Below are positions 1 through 13,181 of a stretch of 64,000 nucleotides of DNA, one piece after another. Source of the DNA: Somniosus microcephalus. Its lineage: Eukaryota. Below the pieces are notes generated by a model that made no database searches, was not told the origin of the DNA, and saw only the letters and a list, made by a program, of their open reading frames with translations. Position 1 is the stretch's first letter; each line of letters begins with the position of its first letter. Made by a program: the position numbers and the translations under genes. The stretch lies in contig JBMRGM010000043.1 of NCBI GenBank assembly GCA_052327205.1, positions 30,380,001 to 30,444,000 of the forward strand, given 5' to 3'.

Positions 1-1475
1 CCCATCCGCTCCTCAAAACCCTTCGCTCCCCTGTAGCTCACATATATGTCTATCTCTGCCTTGAATACAATCAATGACTCCGCCTCCACAGCTCACTGGG
101 GTAGAGAATTCCAAAGATTCACGAACCTCAGAGAAGAAATTACTCCTCATCGCCATTTTAAATGGGCGATCCCTTATCCTGAGACTGTGCTCCCTACTTC
201 TAGATTCCCCCACGAGGGGAAACATCCTCCCTAAATCTACCCTGTCAGGCTCCCTCAGAATCTTATATGTTTCAATAGGATCACCTCTCATTCTTCTAAA
301 CACCAATGTGTATGGGCCCATCCTGCTCAACGTTTCTTCAGAAGACAATCGCTTCATCTCAGGAATTAGCCTAGTGAACCCTCTCTGAACTATCTCCAAT
401 GCAGGTATATCCCGCCTGAAATAAGGAGACCAAAACTGCACGCAGTACTCCAGTTGTAGCAAGATTTCCCTACTTTAATGCTCCACCCCCTGGCAATAAA
501 GGACAACATTCCATTTGCCTTCCTAATTACTTTCTGTACCTGAATGCTAACCTTTTGTGTTTCAAATACGAGGACACCCAGATCCCTCTGTATGGCAGGA
601 TTAAATAGTCTCCCTCCATTTAAATAATAATTTGTTATTTTAATTTTCTTACCAAAGTTGATAATCTCACATTTTCCCACATTAAACTTCATCTGCGATA
701 TTTTTGCCCACTTACTTAACATATCTATATTTGCAAACTAATTGTGTACTCCTCACAATTTGTTTCCCACCTATCTTTGTATCATCAGCAAATTTGGCCC
801 GGTCATTACTATAGAGTGTAAATAGTTGAGGCCCCAGCACTGATTCTTGTGGCACCCCACTAGTTAAAGTTTGCCAACTGGAAAATGACCCATTTATCCC
901 GGCTTTTCATTTTTCTGTTAGTTATCCTATCCACTATCCATGCTAATATATTACTCCCAACCCCATGAGCTCTTATCTTGTGCAGTAACCTTTTATGTGG
1001 CACCTTATCGAATGCCTTCTGGAAATTCAAATACACCACATCTAATGGTTCCCCTTTATCCACCCTGCTCGTTACATCCTCAAAGAACTCTGGTAAATTT
1101 GTCAAGCACAATTTCCCTTCCATAAAACCATGTTCACTCTGCTTGTTTGCATTAGGATTTTCTAAATGTCCTGCTATGACTTCCTTAATAATGGATTCCC
1201 GCATTTTCCCAATGACAGATGTTAGGCTAACTGGCCTATAGTTTCCTGCTTTTTGCCTCCCTCCTTTCTTTAATAGAAGTGCTACATTTGCGGTTCTCCA
1301 AGGCACTGGGAGCTTGCCAGAATCCATGGAATTTTGGTCGATTACAAACAACGCATCCAGTATCTCTGGAGCCTCTTCTTTTAAGACCCTTGAAAGTAGG
1401 CCATCAGGTCCAGGGCAATTGTCAGTCTTTAGTCTCATTAATTTGCCTCGCAGTTTTTCTCTAGTGATAGTCATT
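1..1475 (-). mobile_element. CR1-type LINE fragment (RT region to near the 3' end), degraded
   Basis: ORFs 860-1561, 390-722 and 13-462 carry CR1 ORF2 motifs (GPDG, NYRPVSLTS, YLNFQKAFDKVPH, LEYCVQFWSP, RRMRGD) broken by frameshifts and stops. Confidence 0.93.
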
Positions 1476-1494
1476 GATTTAGAAAACATAGTGA

Positions 1495-3870
1495 ATTGAA
1501 AATTAGTAGCAGGAGTAGGCCATTCATCCCTTTGAGCCTGCTCGCCATTCAATGTGATCATGGCTGATTATCTATTTCAATATCATATTCGCGCTCTCTA
1601 CTCATACCCCTTGATGCCTTTTGTGTCTGGAAATCTAGCTATCTCCTTCTAAAAATATATTCAGTTATTTGGCCTCGACAGCCATCTGTGGTAGAGAATT
1701 ACATAGGTTCACCACCCTCTGAGTGAAGAAATTTCTCCTCATCTCAGTCCTAAATGTCCTACCCCGCATCCTGAGACTGTGACCCATCGTTCTAGACCCC
1801 ACCCGCCCAGCCAGGGAAACATCCTCCCTGCATCCCGTCTGTCTAGCACTGTCAGAATTTTATACGTTTCAATGAGATCCCCTCTCATTCTTCTAAACTC
1901 TAGTGAATACAGGCCTAGTCGACCAAATCTCTGCTCATCCGACAGTCCTGCCTTCCCAGGAATCAGACTGGTGAACATTCGCTGCACTCCCTCTGTGGCA
2001 AGTTTATCCTTTCTTAGGTGAGGAGACCAAAAATGCACAAGGTCTCACCAAGGCCACGTATAATGTAGTAAGATTTCCTTTTTCCTCTACTTAAGTCATC
2101 TTGCAATGGAGGCCAACATATAATTTGCCATCCTAACTGCTTGCTGCACCTCCATGTTTGCTTTCAGTGACTGGTGTACAGGGACGGCCAGGTCCTTCTG
2201 TAATTCAGCATTTCCCAATCTATCAACATTTAAATAATATTCAGCCGTTCTGTTTTTTGTACCGAAATGGATAACTTCACATTTATCCACGTTATACTGC
2301 ATCTGCCATGTATTTGCCCATTCACTCAACTTCTCCAAATCACCTTGAAGCCTCTTTGCATCCTCCTCACAACTCACAATCCCACCTGGTTTCGTGACGT
2401 CAGCAAACTTGGAAATATTACATTTGGTACCCTCACCTAAATTACTGATATATATTGTGAACATAGCCCCTTGATTACCAATTATTATTGTGATGCTTTT
2501 AGTGTATTCAAAGTCTCTGCCATTTCCCTATTTCCCATTATTAATTCCCCAGTCCCATCCTCTAAGTGACCAACATTTACTTTAGCTATTCTCTTCCCGT
2601 TTATATACATGTAGAAGCTCTTACTGTCTGTTCCTTTATATTTTGTGCTAGTTTCCTTTCATAATCTATTTCTTCCTCTTTATTAGTTTTTTATTCATCC
2701 TTTGCCGAATTCCAAAAATCTCCCAATCCTCTGACCTACCACTAATTTTTGCAACATTATCTGCCTTTTCTTTCAATTTGATACCGTCTTTAACTTCTTT
2801 AGTTAGCCACAGATGTTCATCCTTCTCGTAGAGTCTGCCTTTGACGCTGGAATAAATCTTTGCTGAGAGTTACGAAAAATATCCTTAAATATCTGTCACT
2901 GATTTTCTACCGTCTTACTCATTAATCTATTTTCCCAGTCTACGTTAGCCAACTCTGCCTTCATACCTTTGTAACTGCCTTTATTTAAGTTTAGGACACT
3001 AGTTTCAGACCCAAGTTTCTCACCCTCAAACTGAATTAGAAATTCATCATGCTATGATCACTGTTCCCTAGAGAATCCTTTACCATGAGATCATGAATTA
3101 ATCCTGCCTCATTACATATTGCCAGGTCTAAAATAGCCTTCTCCCTGGTTGATTCCACAACGTATTGTTCTAGCAAACCATCCTGAATCCATTCTATGAA
3201 CTCGTCCTCAAGGCTAACCTTGTCAATTCGATTTGTTCCATCTATATAAAGATTAAAATTGCCCATGATTATCACAGTACATTTCTTACAAGCCAATCTT
3301 ATTTCAAGATTTATACTCTGTCCTACAGTGTAGGTACTTTTACGAGGCCTATAGATTGCTCCCTCTAGTGACTTATTTCACTTATTATTTCTTATCTCCG
3401 TTTAAACTATATCTACATCTTGATTTCCTGAGGCAATTTCATTTCTCGTCACTGCACTGATATCATCCTTTATTAAAAGAGCTACCCAACTCCTTTTGCT
3501 TTCTGCCTATTCTTCCGAAATGTCAAATACCCCTGAATATTCAGTTCCCAGCCTTGGTCACCTTGCAACCCCGTCTCTGTAATGGCTTTCAGATCACACA
3601 CATTTATTTCTCTTCATGCCACCAACTCATCTATCTTGTTACGAATGCTGTGTGCATTCAGATAAATAACCTTTATTTATTTTATACCATTTTTACCGAC
3701 TCTGAATCTATGTGTAGTTGCAGGTTTATGTTTGTATGCTCTATCTCCTTCTGTCACTCTCTAGTTATCATTAACCCTATCGCTACCTTGCACTATTACC
3801 TTCAACCTTCTCTTTGACTTTCGAAGTTCCCCTTCACCTGATTCCCAACCCCCACTATTTAGTTTACAGT
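1495..3870 (-). mobile_element. CR1-type LINE, internally deleted (endonuclease remnant, RT C-terminus, 3' UTR)
   Basis: ORF 3036-3296 has APE motifs (IIMGNFN, AILDL, LGNSDH). ORFs 2096-2464 and 1739-2038 are RT C-terminal. The CR1 3' end (aggagtaggccattc) is at ~1510. Confidence 0.88.
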
Positions 3871-3978
3871 CCATGTGCCTCATTCCCACTGTACCAAGCA
3901 CAGGAATATCCCAACATTATCTAGAACTGTAATTATCATCTCCCTTAGCAACAGCAGCGAACAATTCACAGAATTTAC

Positions 3979-4044
3979 CGCATTCTCGTGACTTTCTGAT
4001 AGTGACCTCCGAATACACTAAATTGGCAGCATTTCCGGTAATAT
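3979..4044 (-). CDS. Gene A cytoplasmic exon with ITIM LVYSEV (DITGNAANLVYSEVTIRKSREC)
   Basis: Strong acceptor ttctctttttgtttctgtttag, 66 bp, phase 1-1, donor G|gtaaat. It could instead read on to a TAA about 60 nt further as a terminal exon. Confidence 0.8.
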
Positions 4045-4084
4045 CTAAACAGAAACAAAAAGAGAAAACAAGACAAAAACGAGG

Positions 4085-4300
4085 GATTAATATATAGATG
4101 ATAGAGAGACGATAGATATATATAGAGAAATAGGGAGGAAGACACGGGGAGATAGATAGAAAGATATAGATATTTGGAAAATAGATATAAAGATAGATAG
4201 ATAAATAGATAGAAACATATTGATGGATAAATGGACAGCCATTTACAAAGGTAGACTGATTGATTACTTGATATAAATTAATTGATAGCGATAATGAATT
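4085..4300. repeat. Degenerate (GATA/GA)n simple repeat
   Basis: Visible gatagata/gagaga tract. Confidence 0.75.
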
Positions 4301-4790
4301 GAGACAACCGTATTAGTATCCATATGAATATAGTGCATGGGAATAGATCATGTCATTTCCATCAGTTTAATAAGGATGATATATAATCATTAATTGAATA
4401 GCATTGATTTAAATGTCCAAGAATGGATGATGTTTGCCACCAAAAGTACACATTATTTGCCTTCAAATGTATCGATCGACTTATATTAAGCATTTGTTAT
4501 CGTCATTGCAGTTTATGGCAACACTAATAGTCCGGCCAGTTATGATGTTATCAAAAAACCAGAACAGGGGAGTTTGTGTGCAGGTTCTAAGGATACTAAT
4601 CCCGAGAGATGGAACTTACAAAGAGCCTATAGTGATTTTTTCTTTTACAAATACTGGTATTGTGGTGTCAGTCCTATAATGCATCAATCGATTCAGGCTC
4701 TTCCCAGATGACGTCTCACAAACTGAAGACAGACGCTACACTTACAGTAGTTAACAAGCCCTCTAGCAAAGTAATGCAGCGATTCCTTAC

Positions 4791-4847
4791 CTTCCATGGG
4801 CTTCGTGCCTTGTACTAAACTGTAGGTTACCTGATCAGAACTAGAAG
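4791..4847 (-). CDS. Gene A cytoplasmic exon with ITIM VTYSLV (xSSSDQVTYSLVQGTKPME)
   Basis: Acceptor ttcctctttctctctctacag, donor AAG|gtaagg, 57 bp, open in phase 1, V-x-Y-x-x-V motif. Confidence 0.85.
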
Positions 4848-6059
4848 CTGTAGAGAGAGAAAGAGGAAACTGCGATCAATGATAATCAAGGAAGCACTTA
4901 GATACCAGACCCATCCTACAATTCATGATTGGAAATTTACAGCTGTGTTCACTGGTTTTAAAAGCTAGCAACTATTTACGCTGATCAATACAAGCTGATC
5001 CAAAGTCCCGTGAGCAAAGTCATGAAGTGTCTTGGTCCCAAGCCATGGGGCTGGGCTGAGTCACTTGCTTATAAACAGGGTGGCGGTGAGCAGCACATTC
5101 TCTCATTCTCTCCATTCCTTTCACCCAGATAGCGGTGAGAGGTCCAGTTCCATCATTCTTTGCTTGGAAATTTGATTTGTAGTGGTTGTGAGGAGACAGG
5201 TCCCAATGTCAATTGAGTACTCAAGATATTGCTCATTATGTCTGATTATCAGTTTCTGAGATTAACACATATGGACTAGCACCCAGATGCCTTCCTATCA
5301 ATCCCGCCCGATTGGGACCCACTAACTTCAGAAAAAGAAGAATGAGAAGTAGAGGAAATAATTAATTCAAAAGGAAAAGGGAATAAGGGGTAGCTTTTTG
5401 TCTTGGCGTCGGAGCAGTTAGCATCATCTGCAAAGAGCGCAGACAGCTCAGTCTGCTGGGGCAACAGGCACATCCTTTACTGAACCACCTGCATTTCTTT
5501 CTATCAACATGGTTCAAATGGACCGTGCCAACGACCCCAAACTATTTCCCTTCGTATGCTCAACCCATGCGATGCTACCTGTCCAGGCAGTAAGTTATAA
5601 ATCTAACTAGAGTACGCTGAATGCTTGCAGATGAAGATCTCCAATGTCCATGGTCGATTTCCACCATGTCCCGTCGCAATGTCGGCGGAATATTGGTGCA
5701 AGTCATGTGAAACGGCCGTCTCCCTAAAGTTTTCACTGAACTTCCACTGATGTGACAGTGGGTTACCAGCAGAACAAATGTTACCGTGAACAATCTACCA
5801 TATTTTTCAAGTGTCAGTTCATGCTTACCAGTATTTGGGGCTGATCCCCCAACTGCATACTCGAAATTGCTCGCAGATGTTTCTTCACTCGGAGGTACAG
5901 ATCTATTTTCAGTTGTCACCCTTTGCACGAAAATATTCTTAGATATTAAGGATTCATGCATCAACAACTCAAAGTTCACTTTCAACGAAATGTTACAGCA
6001 TCATAGAAACATTCAGCAGTAGCTACAGAGAACATCGAACTCCTTGAAGGAGCAATCCT

Positions 6060-7640
6060 CCTTAGTTCCATATCCCTGGCTTTTGTCTGCAGCCCTGTAA
6101 GGTCCTCATCCTCAAAGATCCGTCCAATTAACTGCTAAAGTTATTGATGGAAATCGCTTCCACCAAATTTTCAGTTGGAGTGTTCTAGATACCGACAACT
6201 CTCTGAATGAAAAATAGTTCTCCACATCTCCCCTCAAGATCTTTTTACAATGATGTTAAATCTATGAACTCTAGTTATTGATCAAGAGGGAATATTGTTT
6301 CTCTATCTACTCTAACAAAACCTCTCGTCCTCTTGAAAATCACTATTGACTCACCCCTTAACCTTCTCTCTTCCACCTCCTAATTTTCCAACCACTCCTG
6401 GTAAATAAAGTCCCTCATCCCTGGTAATATCCTGTAAACATCCTCTGTATGCTTTCTTTGCCTCTTACACGTTTCCTGAAGTGTGATTTTATTCGTATTT
6501 GGGATGTGGGCGTCGCTGACAACGCCAGCATATACTTCCCATCGCTAATTGCCCTTGAGAAGGTGGTGGTTAGCCGCCTTCTTGAACCGCTGCAGTCCGT
6601 GCGGTGAAGGTGCTCCCACAGCGCTGTTAGGGAGGGATTTCCAGGACATTGGCCCAAGCGACGATTAAGGAGCGGCGATATACTTCTAAGGCAGGATGGT
6701 GTTTGACTTGGAGGGGAACTCGGAGGTGGTGTTCTGATGCGCCTTGTCCTTCTAGGTGGAAGAGATAGCGGGTTTCGGAGGTGCTGTCGAAGCAGCCTTG
6801 GCAAGTTGCTGCCTAGAATTGTCCAGCTGAGGCCTAACCACTGATTTCAAAAGTTCTAGCATGTTCTCTTTGCTTTTATATTCTAAGCCGCTATTTAAAA
6901 AATACAAGTGTTCCCTATGCTGCTTTAACCAACTTAGCAACTTGTCCTGCCATATTTAAGAATTTGTTTACAAGCACACCAAGTCATCTCTGCTCATCCA
7001 CCATTTTCAAAATCGAGTCCTTTATTGTATATTGTCTTTCCAGATTAGTTCTCCAGAAGTACATCACTTCACAGTTCTCAGGGTTGAACTCCAACTGCCA
7101 TGCTTCTGCCCATTTAACCATTCCTGTCTATGTTACCCTGAAGACTACAAGTATCCTCATCACTATCTACTACCTGGCCAAGTTATGTGTCATCTGCAAG
7201 TTTACAATGTTGCCCCCTACACCTTAATCTCGGTCGCTCATTGCAATTGCAAAGAGTTATGGACCCCAAACTGGCCCTTGGGGAACACAACTGCAAAACC
7301 ACCTCCCAGTCTGAGAAACATCCATCCACCACCACACTCTGCATCCTGTCACCGAGCCAATTCCCTATCCATACCACCACGTTCCCTTAATCCCATGAGT
7401 TTACATATTTTTTAACAAGCCTCGGTCGACTGCCTTCCGAAAGTCTATATATACATTTGCTACACTACCTTGATCAAAAGTTTCTGTTACCTCATCAAAG
7501 AATTCAATCGAGTTTGTCAGACACGATTTGCCTTCAACAAATCCATGTTGGATCTCCTTGATTAAACCATGATTTCCAAATAAAAGTTTATTTTTTCCCT
7601 AATAATGGTTCCAAATAACTATGTTAGGCTGACTGGCCTG
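6060..7640 (-). mobile_element. Old CR1 fragment with a nested 3' piece (about 6485-6820) of a second CR1/L2-clade LINE family
   Basis: Degenerate RT motifs (WIGNWLGDRMQSVVVDG, ADDT). The nested piece reads cttctcaagggcaattag on the minus strand, as at ~10000 and ~53165. Confidence 0.75.
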
Positions 7641-7648
7641 TTGATAAA
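7638..7648 (-). CDS. Possible 11-nt phase 2-to-1 microexon of gene A, or an exon start truncated by CR1
   Basis: Very strong acceptor tttttgtttttgctttttag|TTTATCAACAG followed by a GC donor-like gccagt. 11 nt is a length that would link the phase-2 exon at 7947 to the phase-1 ITIM exon. Confidence 0.3.
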
Positions 7649-7946
7649 CTAAAAAGCAAAAACAAAAATAAGGTAATATTTAGCTCTTAAAAATTGTAAC
7701 TGTCTCCAGCGGAGCTATATCAGATACTACGGGGAGAAATTCGAATTGGGCGTGGAGGAATAACTGACTGAAGAGCCCCTACCGCCCATCAATGTCCATC
7801 CAATATTCAGTTCAATTCAGGGGCGTATAAATGGTGGTAGATGCAATGCCGCCTGATTTGCAACCATGCCAAAGACGATTTTCACCCTTTCAGTATAATC
7901 ATGGATATAGTTATGACTGACAAATACAAATATTTTGCAGACTTAC

Positions 7947-7977
7947 CCCTGCGGCTGTGAAACACTTGAGGAATTGT
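7947..7977 (-). CDS. Gene A first cytoplasmic exon (DNSSSVSQPQG)
   Basis: Acceptor tcttcctattttatctag, donor GG|gtaagt, 31 bp. A paralogous 31-bp exon sits at 51605-51635. Confidence 0.8.
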
Positions 7978-8504
7978 CTAGATAAAATAGGAAGAGACAT
8001 ATTTCAGCAAGTTGTGCAGTAAATATTGCGCTCTTCCTGGCTAGAGCTGGCTTGAGTTACCTTAAGTAATCTCCAAACAGTAAACTTTTTCGTTGATTAT
8101 TAATCAGAAACTGTTGCAAAAGTGCATTTAAGTGAATCACTAAATAAAACAGAGGACGAATGCACAAAGAGCGTCTGGGAAACTTTAAGATGTTACCAGG
8201 CATTAGACATCCGCTATCAGATTTCACATTCTCTTACTAACCACCTGCCAGTTATTTGTCTGTCCCTCGCCAAGATGCAGACCTTTTCAAAATGGAAGAA
8301 GGTGGAAAAATACCCTCAAACCAGTAAGCTGACTTCATGATCCGAACTTATCCTGGTAATTAAGTCTTCGTTCTCCAGCCCACACTATTGGTCTCCCTCT
8401 CAAATCATTCTGTTACATTTCGAATGCTGCATCTGAATATGGAGGGGATTGAATCCCCTCACGTAACTGTCAAGCCACTCACCTGCCCGTAAGACACTGC
8501 TCAC

Positions 8505-8606
8505 CTTGTTTCTTTTTCCGAAGTTTGAAGAAAACCAGTGCAATCAGGGTAGCGATCAGAAAAAGTGGAACAACGGCTGCTGTGATCGCGGTTGTGTGAC
8601 TTTGTG
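8505..8606 (-). CDS. Gene A transmembrane exon, uncharged (AQSHTTAITAAVVPLFLIATLIALVFFKLRKKKQ)
   Basis: ttccag acceptor, AAG|gtgagc donor, 102 bp, phase 1-1; hydrophobic stretch followed by basic KLRKKK. Confidence 0.92.
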
Positions 8607-9477
8607 CTGGAATCAAACAAAATTATTCCATGAATCATATAAAACCGTTCCAATCATAACAAATTCAACCTCGCACCATACGCAGAATGAATTTTTATTT
8701 TTTAATCTGCACTAAATTGATTCCCTTTCTACCCACCTCAACCCCTGCACGCTGAAACACTGATCCGTGGATTTGTAAGCTCTAGCCTCGATTATTACAA
8801 TGACTTCCTTTCTGGGCTCCTGACCCCGCTGTCCACTAATTCCAACTAATCCAAACGTCCCTGTCCCACGTTAATTCTTACTCGCCATTGTTTTCATCTA
8901 GCTCCCTGTCCTCCAATGTAATAAACTTAAACTCCTGGTCCTCCTGTTCACTATATCTGACAAATCTCCTCCAATTTTATCTTTGTCTTTACACAGTTCA
9001 GTCAATTGATTTGTGGCTGATTGGGCATATACGCTTCCTTTGTCACACCATTAGTGAAAGTAATTTGATTCTGCTCTCTTAAACCATCTCATTAATCGCA
9101 TTTACATCTCTACTACAGCCTGCTTCAAACTTCCTACCAGACCCATATTTGCAGCCAGTTTTTTGCTCACCCCTTCCAATCTCTCCCTCTCTCTCGCTTT
9201 ATAACCATGGCTCTGCTTTTGACCTTATCAATTTCAAATTCTAAAGCGCTTGTGGGAAATTCTGCTAGTTTATTTCAGGTCTATTTCCATCTAGTTATGA
9301 TCAATTTCTTAATCAGAAACTAGACTTATAAATGTTCACCTGAGGTGTGATGTGTCCTTTATGACGTATAAATCATACGAAATCAATATACTGTTTGCGT
9401 TGTCGAAAGAAAAGTATTTCATGAAATCAGATCAAGCTTTATGAAACTTCTACCTGGTACCATGATATCGATATAGG

Positions 9478-10075
9478 GCAGAGGCTGGGTAATCCGCGGC
9501 GTGTGTCTCACCTCCTGACTCCCCAAAGCCTTTCAACCATCTACAAGGCACAAGTAAGTCGTGTGACGGAATACTCTCCACTTGCCTGGATAAGTGCAGC
9601 TCCAACAACACTCAAGAAGCTCGACACCAGCCAGTACAAAGCAGCCTCCTTGATTGGCACATCATCCAACAAGTAACAAATTCACTCCCTCCACCACCAG
9701 CGTATCATGGCTGCAGTGTGCACCATCTACAAGATGCACTGCAGCAACATGCCAAGACTTCTTCGGCAGCACCTCCCAAACCCGATACTTCTTCCATTTA
9801 GAAGGACAAGAGCAGAAGAGGCATGGGGACACCGCACCTGTAAGATCCTTTACAAATCATCTACCATCCTGATTTAAAAGTTTATCGCCGATCCTTCATC
9901 GTCACTGCGTCAAATTCCTGGAACTCCCTCCCTCACAGCACTACGGGAGTACCGTCAACACACGGACAGCAACGGTTCAAGAAGGCCGCTCAGCACTACC
10001 TTCTCAAGGGCAATTAGGGATAGGCAATAAATTCTGGCATTGCCAGAGATACCCACATCACATAAACGAATACAA
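9478..10075 (+). mobile_element. 3' fragment of a second CR1/L2-clade LINE family
   Basis: Reads as an RT C-terminus (STIYKAQV..EYSPLAW..; QRFKKAAQHYLLKGN*). The same 3' sequence occurs at ~6485-6820 and ~53125-53240. Confidence 0.75.
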
Positions 10076-10457
10076 ATATATTAGCAACAACTGTCGAGAA
10101 ATGGTGGTCTAAAACATATAGCCCAGAAACTACTACCTATGGCATTAAGTTTTGAGTCCTTAAATTATCCGTATTACTTCCCTCAATTTGTCAATTAAAC
10201 ATACTGATCGGCCTTTTTAAACCTACAAATAACTGTTGCAGTTTATAGACCAATACTTGATGCGATCAGATGACATTCTAGTTCTTTTTAGTAATTCACC
10301 TGTTTAATGTAAATGGTGCAGTGCCTCACTTCACATAGAGGAATGTCAAAGAAAATGTTACACCATCCAAGCTGATGGCACAAGCAGTGATTACCGGGCT
10401 CATCTGACTTTGAGCCACTTGTTTCGTTCTGCCTCAGGGGTACTTATAATAACTCAC

Positions 10458-10745
10458 CTATCACTGAAACTGTAACAACATCGCTTTGCAGAGGACGTCC
10501 TGTCGCTTTGTTTGAAACACCGCAACTATAATCCCCTTGGGTGCTTTGGTTGATTTCACTGATTTGGTAATTAATTTCGGTTAGGTTGGACTCCTCACGG
10601 AAGAGTTCTTTATCCGGGTCTTTGTAGAAAATGTAAGTAATCGGGGTAGAACCGTTGAACACTGAGCAGGTTAACGACGCTGTGTCTCCTTCTATTAACT
10701 CTTTACCAGGGCTGATTGCCAGTTCCGGTTTTGACACTGGGGTTC
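10458..10745 (-). CDS. Gene A membrane-proximal Ig domain D6 (FCRL D4/D5-like)
   Basis: 288 bp, phase 1-1, tttgcag / G|gtgagt; TPVSKPEL..EGDTASLTC...GSTPITYIFYK...GDYSC. Confidence 0.93.
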
Positions 10746-11435
10746 CTGCAAATTGTTAATTACATTGCTTTTGCAGAATTTGTAGCATTACTTTCAAAGT
10801 GAAATAGGGTTCTCATCATAATAAAGAAGGCTCGACATATAGGTTACCACACCAATATTGGGCGCCCGTCTCCCTCTCCTACTTTAGCAGTAGGTGGAAT
10901 TAATAGAGGAAAGCCTGATCCTGGAACGACAATGATTCCTACTGCAATCCACTTATGGCCACCCTACTATGTTGGCCTGGTCCTTATTCCTCCTGACTCT
11001 GCTAGTGAAAAGCAGGAACTCTGCACTATTCCAATACCATAAACATTACTCTACCTAAATGCAGTGGTATCTAACTTCACCGTTCCACCTGACAAATAAT
11101 TCTACTTTCCAGCAGTCAGCTACACATAAAATGTTCACGTAAGCGCTACCCTCTCGCTTTTAGTGATAATTATACTTTACTGATCCTCCTTCCTGTCTTC
11201 GCAAACAGAGGGAATAGCTTTCCCTAATCGCCCTATCTCGCAATTGGCATGTACTAAGCACTGATGAAATAACTCTTAGGCATGGCAACCCCGTGTTAGT
11301 CCCAGTGGCTCAAGTCTATCCTGTTGAATAAAATTTCCATTCCCTGGCATCATCTGTTGAATCAGCGTTACTCGTTCTCTATGATTTTCCTGTTCTCTTT
11401 AAAAGTGATAAACAATTATCTTAAATTGTACTCAC

Positions 11436-11714
11436 GTCTGACTGAAACTGAAACCTGATTACTCAGTTTCTTCACCTCACGGTTCAAAGTAGTTGCTTCA
11501 CACCGGTAAATCCCCGAATCTTCCGGCCGAGATGCTTCCCTGATGTAATAGCTGTGGTCTGCCGCTGAATTGAGAGGTTGTCCATCTTTGTAAAATACGA
11601 GTCTCAAGGAAGAATTGGATCGAAATATTTCTACCAAACAGGCGAGTTTTATCTGTTGGCCCTCAAATAATTGAGCTCCAGAATCAGCCCGCAAAGTAGG
11701 TTCGGAGAAGAGCT
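11436..11714 (-). CDS. Gene A Ig domain D5b (intact, FCRL D3-like)
   Basis: 279 bp, ttttatag / C|gtgagt; ELFSEPTL..EGQQIKLAC..FYKDG..EDSGIYRCEA..VKKLS. Confidence 0.93.
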
Positions 11715-12215
11715 CTATAAAATAGAACGAATTATGGATTTGACAGATTCCACAACTATCACAGACATTACAATTTCGGATTTGTGCAGCAAATGTTAAT
11801 CTTTGGAACATTGAGTGGAAGACACATCCTGCGGGTCCTGTGAGATTAGCCCACAACACCAGAACGCGCCCCTGATCCAGAATTTTAACTCAGCTCTCTG
11901 CCTAGATGATGCTTTGCGCCCAGGCCTTAAATACTGAAGTCTCCTTCGTCATTGTTGCAGCGCCTGCAAACTTTGCGACATTCATGCTAGAAGCTCAGCA
12001 ACTGACAATGCCATTCTTTGGAAATCCACTCCCAACACAGGATCGATAACTCCCACCTTGTCATCAGATTGCCTGCTCCATAGAAAATGCAAAGATAGCG
12101 TTATGATTGACCGGATCTAACGGAGTGGAAACGGAATTCCTGGGCATCAAAGGCTCACACTTTAGTGACCTCGGGCGTTTTTCCTCATCCTCTTCCACCT
12201 CTACTGAAATTGGAC

Positions 12216-12350
12216 GGGGTGAAATTTCAAATTTCGATGGGGTGCAAAACCGGTGGTCGCAGATTGGCCTCCCGTTATAAACACAGGCAAATTTCAATTC
12301 CATTGTCTGCTGATCCGCTACTGCGCTCTCAAAGTTAAATTTTACCCCCG
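12216..12350. mobile_element. Short MITE-like element (one of several similar ~130-190 bp elements)
   Basis: Termini ggggtgaaatt...aattttacccc are inverted repeats. Similar termini occur at ~7731-7888, ~51040-51208 and ~51323-51510. Confidence 0.5.
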
Positions 12351-12902
12351 AGTATTCAACTATCAAAGATTTCCGGGACTAGTAAGTGCTAAGGCTTTGT
12401 CTGATTAAACACCCTGCTATTCCTGACCAGGTTCTGCTGGTTTCTCATTCAGCCAGACAGAAACAGAGCAAGTATCTTTACCTTGGAGCCATGGGGTAAA
12501 ATTTCCAATATCGAAGCTTGCGCCAATTGTACACCACGCACGATCTTCCTGTCTGCTGAAGATGATGGGAAGCAAAAACGGGCGGGACAAATAATGGGAG
12601 GCAATTTCATAATCGCCCATTTCCACACTACTGAAGGAAGCTAATGTTACCCACTGAGAGTGGGCACTGGACTTCAAATTTTGCAGCTCCTACAAATGCG
12701 GTTTTCAGCAAATGTAAGGATTGTATAAGAGCCACGTGGTGATAAGATTTGAAAAGATTGCATTCAAATTGATTTATACCCGATAAATTTGAGGGTTAAC
12801 CCTTTACCAGACCGGATCCCTCCCGTATGGTTACTTAACTATAATGCCCTGAAGAATTCTTTAAATGAAAGATGAACAATAATTAAAGCTGGATGTCCAT
12901 AC

Positions 12903-13181
12903 CTGTTACCGAAATGTAAACCTCATCACTCTTCTTTTTCACACCAAAGTCGAAAGCATTTGCTACGCACTGGTAAATCCCTGAGTCCTTCAATGAAGCT
13001 GCCTCAGTGAGAATATATTTGTAGTATGGGGTCAAGATCAGAGCTGTGCCATTTTTGTAAAATGAATATTTTAAGCAAATATTTGACGGTATATTTTCAA
13101 TAAAACAGATGAATTTTAACTGGTCTCCCTCAAGTATTTCAACTGCAGGCTCAGACCTCAGTTTAGGTTTGGTGAAGAGTT
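12903..13181 (-). CDS. Gene A Ig domain D4b (intact; absent from the ORF track)
   Basis: 279 bp, ttttcacag / G|gtatgg; hand translation ELFTKPKLRSEPAVEILEGDQLKFICFIENIPSNICLKYSFYKNG...DSGIYQCVANAFDFGVKKKSDEVYISVT. Confidence 0.9.

Noticed and set aside
13-3296. Reverse-transcriptase and endonuclease ORFs as a host gene or a retron/DGR-like system
   Set aside because: They are fragmented CR1 ORF2 copies with typical 3' tails in vertebrate DNA; the same applies to 40742-45644 and 59478-59958.
4620-4673. Extra cytoplasmic exon ending at a gtaagt donor
   Set aside because: Poor polypyrimidine tract and an in-frame TAA in phase 1.
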